A DNA stretch of 64,000 nucleotides from NCBI GenBank assembly GCA_963745035.1, contig CAVUVW010000021.1, positions 64,001 to 128,000 on the forward strand. The letters are read 5' to 3'. The notes beneath the pieces are model-generated. The model was given only the letters and a program-made list of their open reading frames with translations. It made no database searches and was not told where the DNA came from. Within the stretch, counting starts at the first letter, position 1. Each line of letters begins with the position of its first letter. The position numbers and the translations under genes are program-made. This stretch comes from an uncultured delta proteobacterium (GTDB taxonomy: Bacteria > Desulfobacterota > Binatia > UBA9968). Of the stretch, positions 20,721 to 30,504 are shown in pieces.

Positions 20721-21736
20721 ATGCATTCGGTAAGTAACGATAAGGGCTCGGTGCTGGTGTTCATGACTCTCATGATCGTGTTGTTGATGATCATGGTAGG
20801 AATGGGGCTGGATACCGGTCAACTCACCTATAGCCGAGCTACGGGGCAAGCGGCCGTTGACGCTGCCGCTCTGTCGGCTGTTTCCGCGCTACCCAGCCGC
20901 ATTGCAGCAGACGTCGAAACCCGAGCAGCCGCCTTTGCTTCGAACAATAATTACGTCGACAGTCCCAATAATCTGATCAAAGCCGCAAATGTCAGCTATA
21001 TTCAGTATGATTTCACCACGAACCAGATCACCAATTATTCCGCACCTATCGCAACCGCAAATGGGGTAAGGGTTGCTTTGGAGCAAGCGACTAACAGCGC
21101 GATAGCGACTCCCGCTTTTCTCACGCCGCTGTTCAAGCTATTTGGGGGCTCGGCTCCGGGAGCTAATAATGTAAACGTTAGCGCGGTTTCGGTTATAACA
21201 TGCGAAGCCGTCTATCCCAATTGCTTTATGGTCGGGCTAGTGCCCGCAAAACGGGGTCGAGTATCTTCGCCAAATACAGATGCAACACCCGGATCAGAAA
21301 GCTGACGGTAACGAGAACTCTTGTTGGACAACCTTTTTCGATTGTTCTTCGGGCGCACCGGACATTAAAGCTGGGTTCACGACGGCGGGAAGCTGCTCGG
21401 GTAGCGGATTCGCAGGGAATCTCGCTCTGGGCAGTATGATCTGCCAGAATAAAGGGCAGGTGAACAGTGTTTTGCAAGCAGCTAAGGATTTCTTCGCGGC
21501 TAACCCAAACCGTTGGTGGGTCGTTCCGGTTCTATCGGGCGGCGGCGAATTGTGATCCAGACAACCCGACAGGAATTGTGAACTTTGCCAAAATTTGGCC
21601 AATATCCGTCGAAACTACAGGAAATCCTAAGTATATAGAAGCGAAGGTAGAGTGCGGTCCGGAACTCATAAACGATGTTGCAACGAGTCTGTGTCATTCT
21701 CACAGGCTGGTGCGGGAGCCTGGCAAGGGATATTGA
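20721..21736 (+). CDS. tadG: TadG-like minor pilin with Cys-rich C-terminus, frameshifted
   Basis: KG|SVLV, LDTG, QAAVDAAALSA; continues through ORFs 21280..21555 and 21467..21736 and ends RLVREPGKGY*. Confidence 0.8.
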
Positions 21737-21836
21737 GCAGTTCAGCCGCGACTTAAGCTATTCAGCCTCTATTGCCAATTGGAGCGGCCGGCGATTTGAA
21801 ATGTCGGCCATTCCATGGGTGAGTTCTAGCTAATTC

Positions 21837-22850
21837 ATGTATCAGATCTTTCTTTTTTTTTCTTCTTGCCCTTTCTCTTTCGTTTGGGTGGAGTTGCAGC
21901 CCACAAAAGATTCGGAAAAGCTCGCTGAAGTTGATGGAACCATCATCACGCGAGCTGAAATCGATCGGGCCGGCGGAAAGCAACTGCAAAATCTGCGGCA
22001 GCAACTCTATCAGTTAGAGCGACAAAAGCTTAATGAATACATTGGCGCTACTCTCCTATCACGAGAGGCTAAAGCGCGAGGTGTTTCGGTCGCCACACTT
22101 ATGGAGCAGGAAGTGAGCGCCAAAATTCCCGCGGTTTCGGAAGACGACATTCGAACATTCTACGAAACAAATAAAGCACGCATCGGCGTCGAGCTGGACA
22201 AAGTCCATGATCAGATCCGGGATTATCTTAACGAGCAAAGAGCTATGGAAAGGAAGAACGAATATTTTAAGGCGCTCGGTACTAGAGCGAAGGTCACGAA
22301 TTATTTAAAGCCGCCGCCGATTCATCGAGCTGAAGTTGAACTAAATGGCTCGCCAGCAAAAGGCGCCGACAAGGCGCAGGTCACGATCGTAAAGTTTGAA
22401 GATTTCGAGTGTCCCTTCTGCAGGAACGTGCAGCCTGCGCTAACTGAAGTGCTGAAGAAGTACAACGGTAAGATACGGATCGTTCACAAAGATCTGCCAT
22501 TGCAGGCGATTCATCCGCAGGCACAATTGGCCGCGGAAGGGGCGCGCTGCGCAGGCGATCAGGGCAAATTTTGGGAGTATCATGATACGCTCTATGCAAA
22601 AGCACCGAAGCTCGCTGCGACCGATTTGAAGACTTACGCCAAAGATATGGGACTCGACTCGGGGAGGTTCGATCAGTGCCTCACGGGCGGCAAGTACAAA
22701 GCGGCGGTTCAAAACGATTTATCCGAAGGCGCCAAGCTCGGGCTTACGGGCACGCCGACGTTTTTCATCAACGGCAGGGAAATTTCCGGAGCTTTGCCGG
22801 TGGAGTCGTTTGCTGCGATCATTGACGAGGAGCTAGGCCAGGCGCAGTAG
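21837..22850 (+). CDS. DsbA-family thiol-disulfide oxidoreductase with SurA-N-like region (5' end uncertain, poly-T tract)
   Basis: LAEVDGTIIT, FEDFECPFC, HPQA, GTPTFFING. Confidence 0.88.
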   Translation: MYQIFLFFSSCPFSFVWVELQPTKDSEKLAEVDGTIITRAEIDRAGGKQLQNLRQQLYQLERQKLNEYIGATLLSREAKARGVSVATLMEQEVSAKIPAVSEDDIRTFYETNKARIGVELDKVHDQIRDYLNEQRAMERKNEYFKALGTRAKVTNYLKPPPIHRAEVELNGSPAKGADKAQVTIVKFEDFECPFCRNVQPALTEVLKKYNGKIRIVHKDLPLQAIHPQAQLAAEGARCAGDQGKFWEYHDTLYAKAPKLAATDLKTYAKDMGLDSGRFDQCLTGGKYKAAVQNDLSEGAKLGLTGTPTFFINGREISGALPVESFAAIIDEELGQAQ

Positions 22851-22863
22851 GGCTCCTGTCGCC

Positions 22864-24489
22864 ATGGACCGTGCAACGGCCGGCTTCGATCTCAAGTTTT
22901 CCAAATCATTTATACTTTGGGCTACAGTTCTCGCGACGCTGCTCGGCGCGGCGGCGATCTGGAGCACCAATAAACAGGCGCTCGGTCTCTTTCACGATGA
23001 CGGCATCTATGTCGTCGTCGCCAAGGCTATCTCCCAAGGCGACGGCTACCGCGTCATCAGCCTTCCGACCTCGCCGCCGCAGACCAAGTACCCGTTTCTC
23101 TATTCTTATCTGCTTTCCTGGCTCTGGTCTTTAAACCCGGTATTCCCCGGCAACATCCTTCTGCTGAAGTCATTCAACGTTGCCGTCTTGGTAGCGATCT
23201 TTTTAATAGCTCTCGGGTTTTACCGCCGCGTTTTCCCGGCGGCCGCAATCGGCGCCCTCGTATTTGGCGTATTAGTCTGCACCAACCCGATCGTATTTAC
23301 CTACACGGACTATGTGGTCAGCGATCTTTTGTTTGTTTTGCTCGCGCTGGCGGCGCTATTTGTCTCGCGGGGAAGGATGGATTCGACTACGGGTGTGCTG
23401 CGCCTCGCCGTGATTGGCGGGTTGGCGTGTCTTGCTCGGCTTGCTGCCGCTCCCGTGGTCTTGGGTGGGGCGGCGGTGTCATTTGTGCGCCGCGGCGCGC
23501 ATGGATTAGGTTGTTTCATTTGCGCCGTCATCGTGCTGATTACGCCGTGGATCTACTGGGTTTGGACGCGGCCCCCTGCATCGGCGCATTCTCTGCTCGG
23601 CTACTACAGCGCCTACGATTTTTCTTCCCGCGGGTCAGGCGGAGTAGGGGAGTGGCTCGCGGGGAACGCCGCGATTGTATCCGGGAATGCACGCTACCTG
23701 CTGGGAAGCCTCGACTTGCTCTACCTCTTGCCGCTCATGCCGGCGTTGGCTCCCTTTGTCGCGGGACTGACTTTGCTCGGCATGGTGATATCGCGGCGTA
23801 CCGAGGATTTTTTCGGCTGGATTTTTTTCTTTTCGTCTTTGGCGCTTTTGCTTCTATGGCCCTTTCATCCTGGACGCTATGTGGCGCCGCTTGTGCCGTT
23901 GCTCGTTTTGTTCCTTTTTCGGGGCATGGCGGCGGCCGAGGGCTGGCTCGGCTCGCGTGGAGGAGAGTACCCATTCAAGGGTCTGGTGAGAAAGCTTGCG
24001 TGGCTTCCGGCCGTGCTTCTTTTGCTGCTCAACGGCGTGTGGCTCTCAAGCTATTTGCTGATCCGCGACGAACAGACGACGCGCAGCGTCTACGGCAGCC
24101 GGGTGCCGTATGGCTGGCAGGGGTTCGAGGAGAGCTTTGCCTGGATTCGCCAAAACTCAGCCGTCAGTGCTCGGCTCGCCACGGCTTACGATCCGATGTA
24201 TTTCCTCTACACGGGGCGCCAGGCGATCCGCCCGGCGCTGCATCGATCGGCCACTTATTTTTACCCCTATGGCCTTGCCAAGCCCGACGTCGGCTCCGCG
24301 GCCGAAATCAGAACCGAGATCGATGCCTTTAGCATCGATTACCTGATCATCGATCCGCTGGACGGCTACGCGGAAGGGAAAGCGACGATCCAATTAATCG
24401 AGGAACTGGTTGCTTCCTACGGTGACAAAGCCAGAAAGGTATTTACCAGCACGGACGGCAAGCATCGGATTTACGCGCTCGCGCGCTAG
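22864..24489 (+). CDS. Polytopic membrane protein, probable GT-C (ArnT/PMT-like) glycosyltransferase
   Basis: First-loop FHDDGIYVVVAKAISQGDGY, KYPFLYS, VSDLLF, RYVAPLVP, AWIRQN; many TM helices. Confidence 0.7.
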   Translation: MDRATAGFDLKFSKSFILWATVLATLLGAAAIWSTNKQALGLFHDDGIYVVVAKAISQGDGYRVISLPTSPPQTKYPFLYSYLLSWLWSLNPVFPGNILLLKSFNVAVLVAIFLIALGFYRRVFPAAAIGALVFGVLVCTNPIVFTYTDYVVSDLLFVLLALAALFVSRGRMDSTTGVLRLAVIGGLACLARLAAAPVVLGGAAVSFVRRGAHGLGCFICAVIVLITPWIYWVWTRPPASAHSLLGYYSAYDFSSRGSGGVGEWLAGNAAIVSGNARYLLGSLDLLYLLPLMPALAPFVAGLTLLGMVISRRTEDFFGWIFFFSSLALLLLWPFHPGRYVAPLVPLLVLFLFRGMAAAEGWLGSRGGEYPFKGLVRKLAWLPAVLLLLLNGVWLSSYLLIRDEQTTRSVYGSRVPYGWQGFEESFAWIRQNSAVSARLATAYDPMYFLYTGRQAIRPALHRSATYFYPYGLAKPDVGSAAEIRTEIDAFSIDYLIIDPLDGYAEGKATIQLIEELVASYGDKARKVFTSTDGKHRIYALAR

Positions 24490-24615
24490 TAGAAGCCCGG
24501 CCTGCCGGCGATCGCTTCGCGCAACTTATGAATGTGCTGGCGTGCTTCTGCTTCTGCAGCACAGGCTGACTATACTGTCTTCACGAGCAGAATTTGCGAT
24601 GCTGGCCGGAAGAAC

Positions 24616-24650
24616 AAAAAGCCGGGTGTTCGTGAAACACCCGGCTTTTT
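24616..24650. terminator. Bidirectional intrinsic terminator between convergent genes
   Basis: AAAAA GCCGGGTGTT-cgtga-AACACCCGGC TTTTT. Confidence 0.88.
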
Positions 24651-24733
24651 GAGGGAGTGATCGAGAATGGTCGATCAGAGTTCGCCCGGATCTCCGCTAA
24701 AACTATGCGCAGCGGGCTAATCCGTAAATGAGA

Positions 24734-26159
24734 CTATATCTCGGGAATCGTGAGTTTCATGCCGATAAAGATATAATCTGGGTTTTTGACCTGGTCCTTG
24801 TTGGCTTCGTAAATTTTGTCCCACTTGAGTCCTGAGTTGTAGAATTGCTGGGCGATGCGCGCCAGGGTGTCGCCGGGCTTGACGACGTAGTGCTGAGGCG
24901 CGCCTTTATCGGCTTTGGCTGCGGGCGCCATCGCCTTCGCCGTGACAACCGGGACTTGTCTGGATACCGCTTGGATTTTCTCTTCCGTGGTGGCCGGTTT
25001 CGCTTTTGTGTCCGCTGCCGGCGCTTTGGCGCTGGCGGGGACCGCCACGGGGTCGGCCTTCGCCGCGGCTTTCGTCGCCGGTGCGCTCGCCACCGGCTCC
25101 GTCTTCGTGGCGGCTTTCGCGACTGCCGCGGATTTGTAGAGACGATCGATGAAGCCCGATCCATCCAACTCCTTCACGATGCTTGCATCAATGAACTGTT
25201 CCGGACGAGCCGCGCGCGCGGTCGGATCCTTGGCGCCGAATTCGCGCAGGATGATTTGCACGCCTTTTTGCGTCGGATAAGGCTTTTCCGGGATGAGGGT
25301 CTGAACGATCGACTCATAGGTGTCGTCCAACACTTCCTTGTCGTCCGTGCGCAGGTATTTCGCGAGCACTTCAAGGGTTTCTCTGCGATGGGTCTTGGCG
25401 TAATGAATGCCTTCGATGTATGCGCGCAGAAAATCGCGCGCCAGATCCGGCTTCGCTTTGAGCAGGGCGCGGCTGGTGGCCACGCTGGTGTGCTGGTACT
25501 CCAAGCCGAGCATTTGCAAGTCGGCGAGCATGGGATAGCCGAGCTTCTTCGCTCGCAGCGAGGTCGGCGCCGAGAGCATCGCGCCATGGATCTTTCCGGC
25601 TTCCATCGCCGCGAGGAGAGCCGGCACGTTGCCCAACTGGAGAATCGAGACTTCCTTATCGGCGTCCAAGCCGTATTTATCCAAGGCGTAGCGCATGGCG
25701 AAGTCGGTCGCGGAACCGTAACGCGTCACGCCCACGGACTTGTTCTTGAATTGGTCGGGTCGGGTGATGGTTTTGTCGGTGAATAGCTGAAATGTGAGCG
25801 TGTTCACGATGCCGGCGATCATCACCGTGTCCGCGCCGCGCAGATTGCTCTGAATAACCGCCGGTCCGGCCAGCGTGGCGAAGCTGATATCCCCCGCCAC
25901 CAGCGCTTGCGCCGTAGTCGTGCCGGACTCGATCAAGATCACCTGAACGTCCAGCCCATATCTTGCGAAAGAAACCTTTGTCCACGGTGACCCATAGAGC
26001 GGCCATGTTGCCGGATATGGAGCTGAAGGCAACGTTGATCTTTTGCAGCGGTCGATCGGCGGCGCGGGCCGTCGAGGGGCTCAAGACCAGCGTTGCGCCC
26101 ACGACTGTGGCGAAGGCTATGGCGACGCGCCACAGCCTTGTTGTGAGATGATGGATCAT
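24734..26159 (-). CDS. SsuA/NMT1-like substrate-binding protein fused via an Ala/Pro/Lys linker to a LysM domain; frameshift near 25960
   Basis: Signal peptide, KINVAFSS, GVTRYGSATD, DGSGFIDRLY; C-terminal YVVKPGDTLARIA...IYEAN...IFIGMKLTIP. Confidence 0.85.
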
Positions 26160-26195
26160 CGATGGTTCTCCTTTTTTTGTTTGCGTTCGAGACGG

Positions 26196-26969
26196 TCATT
26201 CGCGGTTGAGTCGCACCATCGCTGCTTTCAAGCTTGCCCGCATTCTTTCAAGCGAGCGTCCCAACTCGCCGACCTCGTCGTTGGTTTGAATCGAAACCGC
26301 CGTGTCGAGCCGCCCGCGGCTGATGTCGTCCGCGACCGCTTTCAAATCCAGAATCGGCCGGATCGTTTTCGCCGCGAGCATGATCGACAAGCACACGCCC
26401 AACGCCAGGCAGGCGGCGATCAAGCCGATGATCGGCAGCAGGGTCGAGCGCACTTCGCTGCCCACGGTTTCCGCCCACAGGCCGACGCGCGCGGTACCGA
26501 GCTGGCCGTCGAGAAGCTGTGAGCGAGTCTCGTAAACCGACTTGCCGCGCAGGCGGGTGACACGCGCGGGCGCGGTGGTTCCGCCGGCGTCTTTGAGCTC
26601 AACCGGAAACGGCTGCACGCTGCTGCCGAGGATTTCGCCGCGCGGGTCCTGAATAAAAGCGTAGGCGACGCCGTCGAGGCGCCCGTATTTGGCGATCAGC
26701 GCGTCGAGCTCCAGCGCGCTCTTGCGCGAGACAAAACTGGCGGCGGCGTCGGCCAAGTTGGTGGCGATGGCGCTGGCGCGCAGGTCGACCTGCTTTTGCA
26801 GCGCATGCGCGGTGAAATAGTAGACGATGCCGATCACCAACAAGCCCAAGACCAAGATCAAACCGCTGAAGGTCACGCTGATTTTCCATCGGAGCCCGCC
26901 GCCCCGCCAGTTGATACTGACCGGCTTGGCGATTTTGGAGCTTTGCGCGGACGCAGTTTCCTGAGGCAT
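26196..26969 (-). CDS. Two-TM membrane protein ending in a HAMP domain, no output domain
   Basis: RBS GGAGG; TM-periplasmic domain-TM, then IRPILDL...ISRGRL...DEVGELGRSLERMRASL and stop. Confidence 0.85.
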   Translation of the reverse strand: MPQETASAQSSKIAKPVSINWRGGGLRWKISVTFSGLILVLGLLVIGIVYYFTAHALQKQVDLRASAIATNLADAAASFVSRKSALELDALIAKYGRLDGVAYAFIQDPRGEILGSSVQPFPVELKDAGGTTAPARVTRLRGKSVYETRSQLLDGQLGTARVGLWAETVGSEVRSTLLPIIGLIAACLALGVCLSIMLAAKTIRPILDLKAVADDISRGRLDTAVSIQTNDEVGELGRSLERMRASLKAAMVRLNRE

Positions 26970-27004
26970 CGATGATTTCCTCCCAAGCAATCTTGTTCGG
27001 GGAT

Positions 27005-27799
27005 TTAGAAGCGCTTAAAGTTCGAGATCTCCTGAAACATCGATTCTTCGAACTTGTTTTTCAACTTGCCGTCGCCGATTTCACGGCCGATCAGCATGAT
27101 GAGCTCGTCGAGCTTGGCTTCCGGTAGACTGTCCCGCGATTCGCCCAGAGCTTCGATCTGATCGCGCAGCACCAGCGGCGCCATGGGACCGATCACTTCG
27201 GTCAGAATGCCGGTCACGCGGTCCAAAAGCGCCGTTGGCACGAGCTCGGCAGCCGGTCTGGAAACCGGCGCCGCGAGCTCCACGAGACCGGATTTATGCA
27301 GATTGTAAATCACCTTGGCGGTGTATGCGAAGGGAATGCGCAGGAGCTCGGCCACTTCCTGAACAGTCCGTGTGCCGTCGAGTTTGCTCAGAACCCGCCA
27401 GCCGACGTTAGGCACGGTCACCGGGCCGGTATGGTCTTCGGCCAGGTCGGCGATTTTGAAAACTGCCTTGCCGGTGGGAATCAAGTCGAGGATGATCTCC
27501 CACTCGCGCGTCATCGCTTTGACTTCGGCGAGAATCTCCTCCGCCGACTTGTGCACCGTCGCCGCGGGAGCCGCGCCGTTGGGCTGGAGATTGAACGTGC
27601 CCTCGCCCCAGGTCACGGGATACAGCAGGGCCTTTTCTCCCTCGCCGATCGGGCAGGTGGCGTGCACGATCCTGCCGTCGGTGAGAAATACTTCGACGGT
27701 TTCTTTGCCGTGGGCAAGCTTCAACACGCCCGATTTCTTGCCGGTCGTGGCGAGCAGCAGCAGATCGCTCAAGCTGATCTGAGAAAGATTGCCTTGCAT
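27005..27799 (-). CDS. DUF4388 (PatA_N-like) domain protein
   Basis: MQGNLSQISLSDLL, KKSGVL, GRIVHA, W-EGTF; HTH-like DGTRTVQEVA; C-terminal IGPMAP helical domain. Confidence 0.85.
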   Translation of the reverse strand: MQGNLSQISLSDLLLLATTGKKSGVLKLAHGKETVEVFLTDGRIVHATCPIGEGEKALLYPVTWGEGTFNLQPNGAAPAATVHKSAEEILAEVKAMTREWEIILDLIPTGKAVFKIADLAEDHTGPVTVPNVGWRVLSKLDGTRTVQEVAELLRIPFAYTAKVIYNLHKSGLVELAAPVSRPAAELVPTALLDRVTGILTEVIGPMAPLVLRDQIEALGESRDSLPEAKLDELIMLIGREIGDGKLKNKFEESMFQEISNFKRF

Positions 27800-27825
27800 G
27801 GTTCAGGTCCGCGGAAAGCAGCTTC

Positions 27826-28152
27826 CTAGCGGTCTTCGAGCGCGCGCCGCGTGTCTTTCCCGGCTTGAGTTTTTTTCGTGAGGTCGGCGAACTCGTCGTG
27901 ACCGTTCAGCGTGACTTTGAGCGTTTTGATCACCGCCAGGCTTTTGCTGATTCCGACCATCTGCTCCAAGGTGGATTTGATCTGGCTTTGCAGCAGCTCG
28001 ACTTCCTCGATGGAAATCCCCTGAAGCTGGGACTGCAGCTCGTCATAGAGCCGCGTGATGCTGTCGATCTGGCCGAGAGATTCGGCTTTTTGCGTGATGT
28101 CTTCATACAACCGCGAAATATCTTCCGTGAGGTTTTGCAAATCGTTTTTCAT
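27826..28152 (-). CDS. Small coiled-coil hypothetical protein
   Basis: 108 aa heptad-rich ORF with internal repeat ISRLYE/ITRLYD; RBS GGGGGA. Confidence 0.75.
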   Translation of the reverse strand: MKNDLQNLTEDISRLYEDITQKAESLGQIDSITRLYDELQSQLQGISIEEVELLQSQIKSTLEQMVGISKSLAVIKTLKVTLNGHDEFADLTKKTQAGKDTRRALEDR

Positions 28153-28172
28153 CGCTTTCCCCCGTTTTTTTT

Positions 28173-29504
28173 CTAGTTCTTCCGTGATGGATTTTTCGAC
28201 TTGGCATCTATCGTCGGTTCCTGTACACCGGCTTTCACGGGGGCCGGAGGATTGGACGAGGACGCCTTGAAAAAATAGATTCCTCCCAGCAACAACCCCA
28301 ATGCCGCCGCCGCCGCGATCGCGCTGGTTTTCGTGTTCAGCGATTGTCGATGCGAGTAAAGATCAACCGCGCCGTAGTCCTTGATGATACTTTTCAGCTG
28401 GCGGTCGATTTCGCCGCGCGCTCTGACGTTCGGCAACGACTGTTCGAAAGCCGGCGCGGGGGTTTCTTCTTCCGGCGCGGGAAGCGCCAACAGGCTGTCG
28501 GCGATGGGTTCCACAAACGCCGGCTCCGCGGGCGTTATCCCAAAGGGCGCCGCTTCCCGCCGCGCCACCACTGCCGGGACCAGGTTGAGCGACGACGCGC
28601 GATCCGGTATCGCGTCGATTTCCGGTGTAACGGTGGATTCCCGGAAAGCGTCTTGCGTAGGGTTTGTTTGGGGCGCAGCTGTGTCGGCCGCCGGCGCGGT
28701 GGAAAGAACAAACTCACCGTAGCTGTCGATGAGATCGCTGAGCAGCCGCTGGTCGAAATGGGTATTCTCCGCAGGCTCCTTGCCTTTCTTCTTGGCGGCG
28801 CCGGAGCTATCCGCCTGCTGCGGAGCTTGATGGCCGCGTTGCCCGATCGCGGATGCTTCTTCGAGCTTCAGATCGGCGAACTCGTAGCGGTCTTTTTTTT
28901 GAGCTCGCTCCAGCCGCGGATTCGCGACGTTCGCGGACTCTTTAGCGATGATGGTAACTTCGACCGGCGCGGGTTTGTTCGAGGCGTCGTTCTCGCTTGG
29001 AATCGGCAGCGGCTCCTCGGACCGAAACACGCGGGGCAGCGCTATGATCGATGGCGCATCCGGCATGTTGATTTGCTTTGTTCCGGTGTTCGGAAATTCG
29101 AAGGACACCGACTCTGCGCTCGCTTGAGCGGCTTTCAACAGGCGGTGCATGCGAATCAATTTTCCGGTCTGAACAATGGCCCGAAGCTGAGGATGTCTTT
29201 CCAAGTTATCGGGATCGATGACGTCGAGATCGACTTCGGGCTGCGAGCCTATCGCGGCGCTCGCGTCGCCCAATGCGTCTTTGAGCTTCGCCAGCGCGTT
29301 CAGGCGCCCTTGCAATTCTCCTAGACCCCGGATCAGGTCGGCGGCTTTGGCATGCGCCCGGCTCACCTCCTCTACCGAGAAGTCGTCTAGCCGCTGCTGC
29401 AATCCTTGGATAGAACCGAGCACCTTGCCGAAACCGCTCGCCGGCGATGGTGAATTCTCAGGTGCGGCATCGTCTGGCATTTTTCGTTGTTGAGCGGAAA
29501 GCAT
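28173..29504 (-). CDS. Hypothetical protein: N-terminal coiled coil, long Pro/Ala/Glu-rich region, C-terminal TM
   Basis: Long ORF directly downstream of a sigma54 motif; TM AIAAAAALGLLLGGIYFF; start 29504 or 29480. Confidence 0.7.
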   Translation of the reverse strand: MLSAQQRKMPDDAAPENSPSPASGFGKVLGSIQGLQQRLDDFSVEEVSRAHAKAADLIRGLGELQGRLNALAKLKDALGDASAAIGSQPEVDLDVIDPDNLERHPQLRAIVQTGKLIRMHRLLKAAQASAESVSFEFPNTGTKQINMPDAPSIIALPRVFRSEEPLPIPSENDASNKPAPVEVTIIAKESANVANPRLERAQKKDRYEFADLKLEEASAIGQRGHQAPQQADSSGAAKKKGKEPAENTHFDQRLLSDLIDSYGEFVLSTAPAADTAAPQTNPTQDAFRESTVTPEIDAIPDRASSLNLVPAVVARREAAPFGITPAEPAFVEPIADSLLALPAPEEETPAPAFEQSLPNVRARGEIDRQLKSIIKDYGAVDLYSHRQSLNTKTSAIAAAAALGLLLGGIYFFKASSSNPPAPVKAGVQEPTIDAKSKNPSRKN

Positions 29505-29564
29505 GTGCTTGCTTGCCCCTACTCTGAACGTTTGTGTCGGGGCTGGAACACCCGTAAGCAACTT

Positions 29565-29580
29565 AGCAAAACGGTTGCCA
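29565..29580 (-). promoter_or_regulatory. Sigma54 promoter of the 29504-24734 operon
   Basis: Minus strand TGGCAAC-CGTT-TTGCT; near-palindrome GCGAACAAAATTGTACGC at 29671-29688 as a possible UAS. Confidence 0.65.
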
Positions 29581-29737
29581 CGAATGCCCGCGGAAAAAGC
29601 CGAGTATTTTCACGGAATTCAGGTAAAATTGTCTTTCGATGGCGTGATAGTTCCTCGAATTCTGTTCAGCGCGAACAAAATTGTACGCGGCAGAATGCAG
29701 CTATCTTTTTGGTTTTTATGAGGAAATAGAAGTCCGG

Positions 29738-30500
29738 CTAGCGGGGCGAGAGAACTAGGAGCTGGCGACCCACGTCCAAGCCGAAACGATAGCGGCCGAG
29801 AAAATCCATGCCGAGCAATCCTTCGTAGCGCGGATCCCGGGAGAAGTCATGGATGACGACCGGCATATCGTTGATTTCCGCTCCGCCTACTTTTAAGGAG
29901 TCGAAGTCGCGCAACGGCAACGTTGACCGCGCCGCCGACAGTATGAACGACGGCGATTGCCGATCGGGCGCAGCGACAGCAAGCCGGCAATGCGGCGAGA
30001 TAGCACCGTGTTCGTTGCGCCGGTGTCGAGTAGCAGATTGGCCGAGATGCTGCGATTGAGGGTGACGGAAACAATCGTCGAGCGCCCGGTCGAAAGCACC
30101 GGGATATTGATCGAGCCGTGCGGCGCTGCCGTCGAAGAAACGCTGGGGATCGTGACCGCCGTTGTCGCGGGCTCCGGCGGCAATGATTTGAAAAAACTCT
30201 CGACTTTTTTCGCTTGTTCGGCGCCGGCCTGCTTGATCCAGCCGACCACGCCGCTTCGGTTTTTGACGAGAAACCATTTGATGCCGCCGGCACCCTGCGT
30301 TTCGGCGATGGGAATTGCGTGCTCGCCGGCGTCCAGCGTGCCGATGGGCGAAGCGCTCTCGTCCGCCGCGGTGTACATCGGAATAGCGCGCGCAGACACC
30401 GGGCGCGGATCAATTTCGTCGCCCGCGCTCCACGCCTGCGTAAGCGCCGCCAGCGTCAAGCCGAAAACTGCGGCTGCCGCGGCGCGATAGGCCCGGTGGT
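29738..30500 (-). CDS. Exported retropepsin-like (clan AA) aspartic protease with SH3-like N-terminal domain, frameshifted
   Basis: WFLVKNRSGVVGWIK, LLDTGATNTVLS, then LKVGGAEI and GLLGMDFL in a second frame; start codon uncertain. Confidence 0.8.
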
Positions 30501-30504
30501 ACGC

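Noticed and set aside
11355-21736. Myxococcus Kil-type predatory Tad system
   Set aside because: No FHA-domain genes or other Kil-specific components are visible
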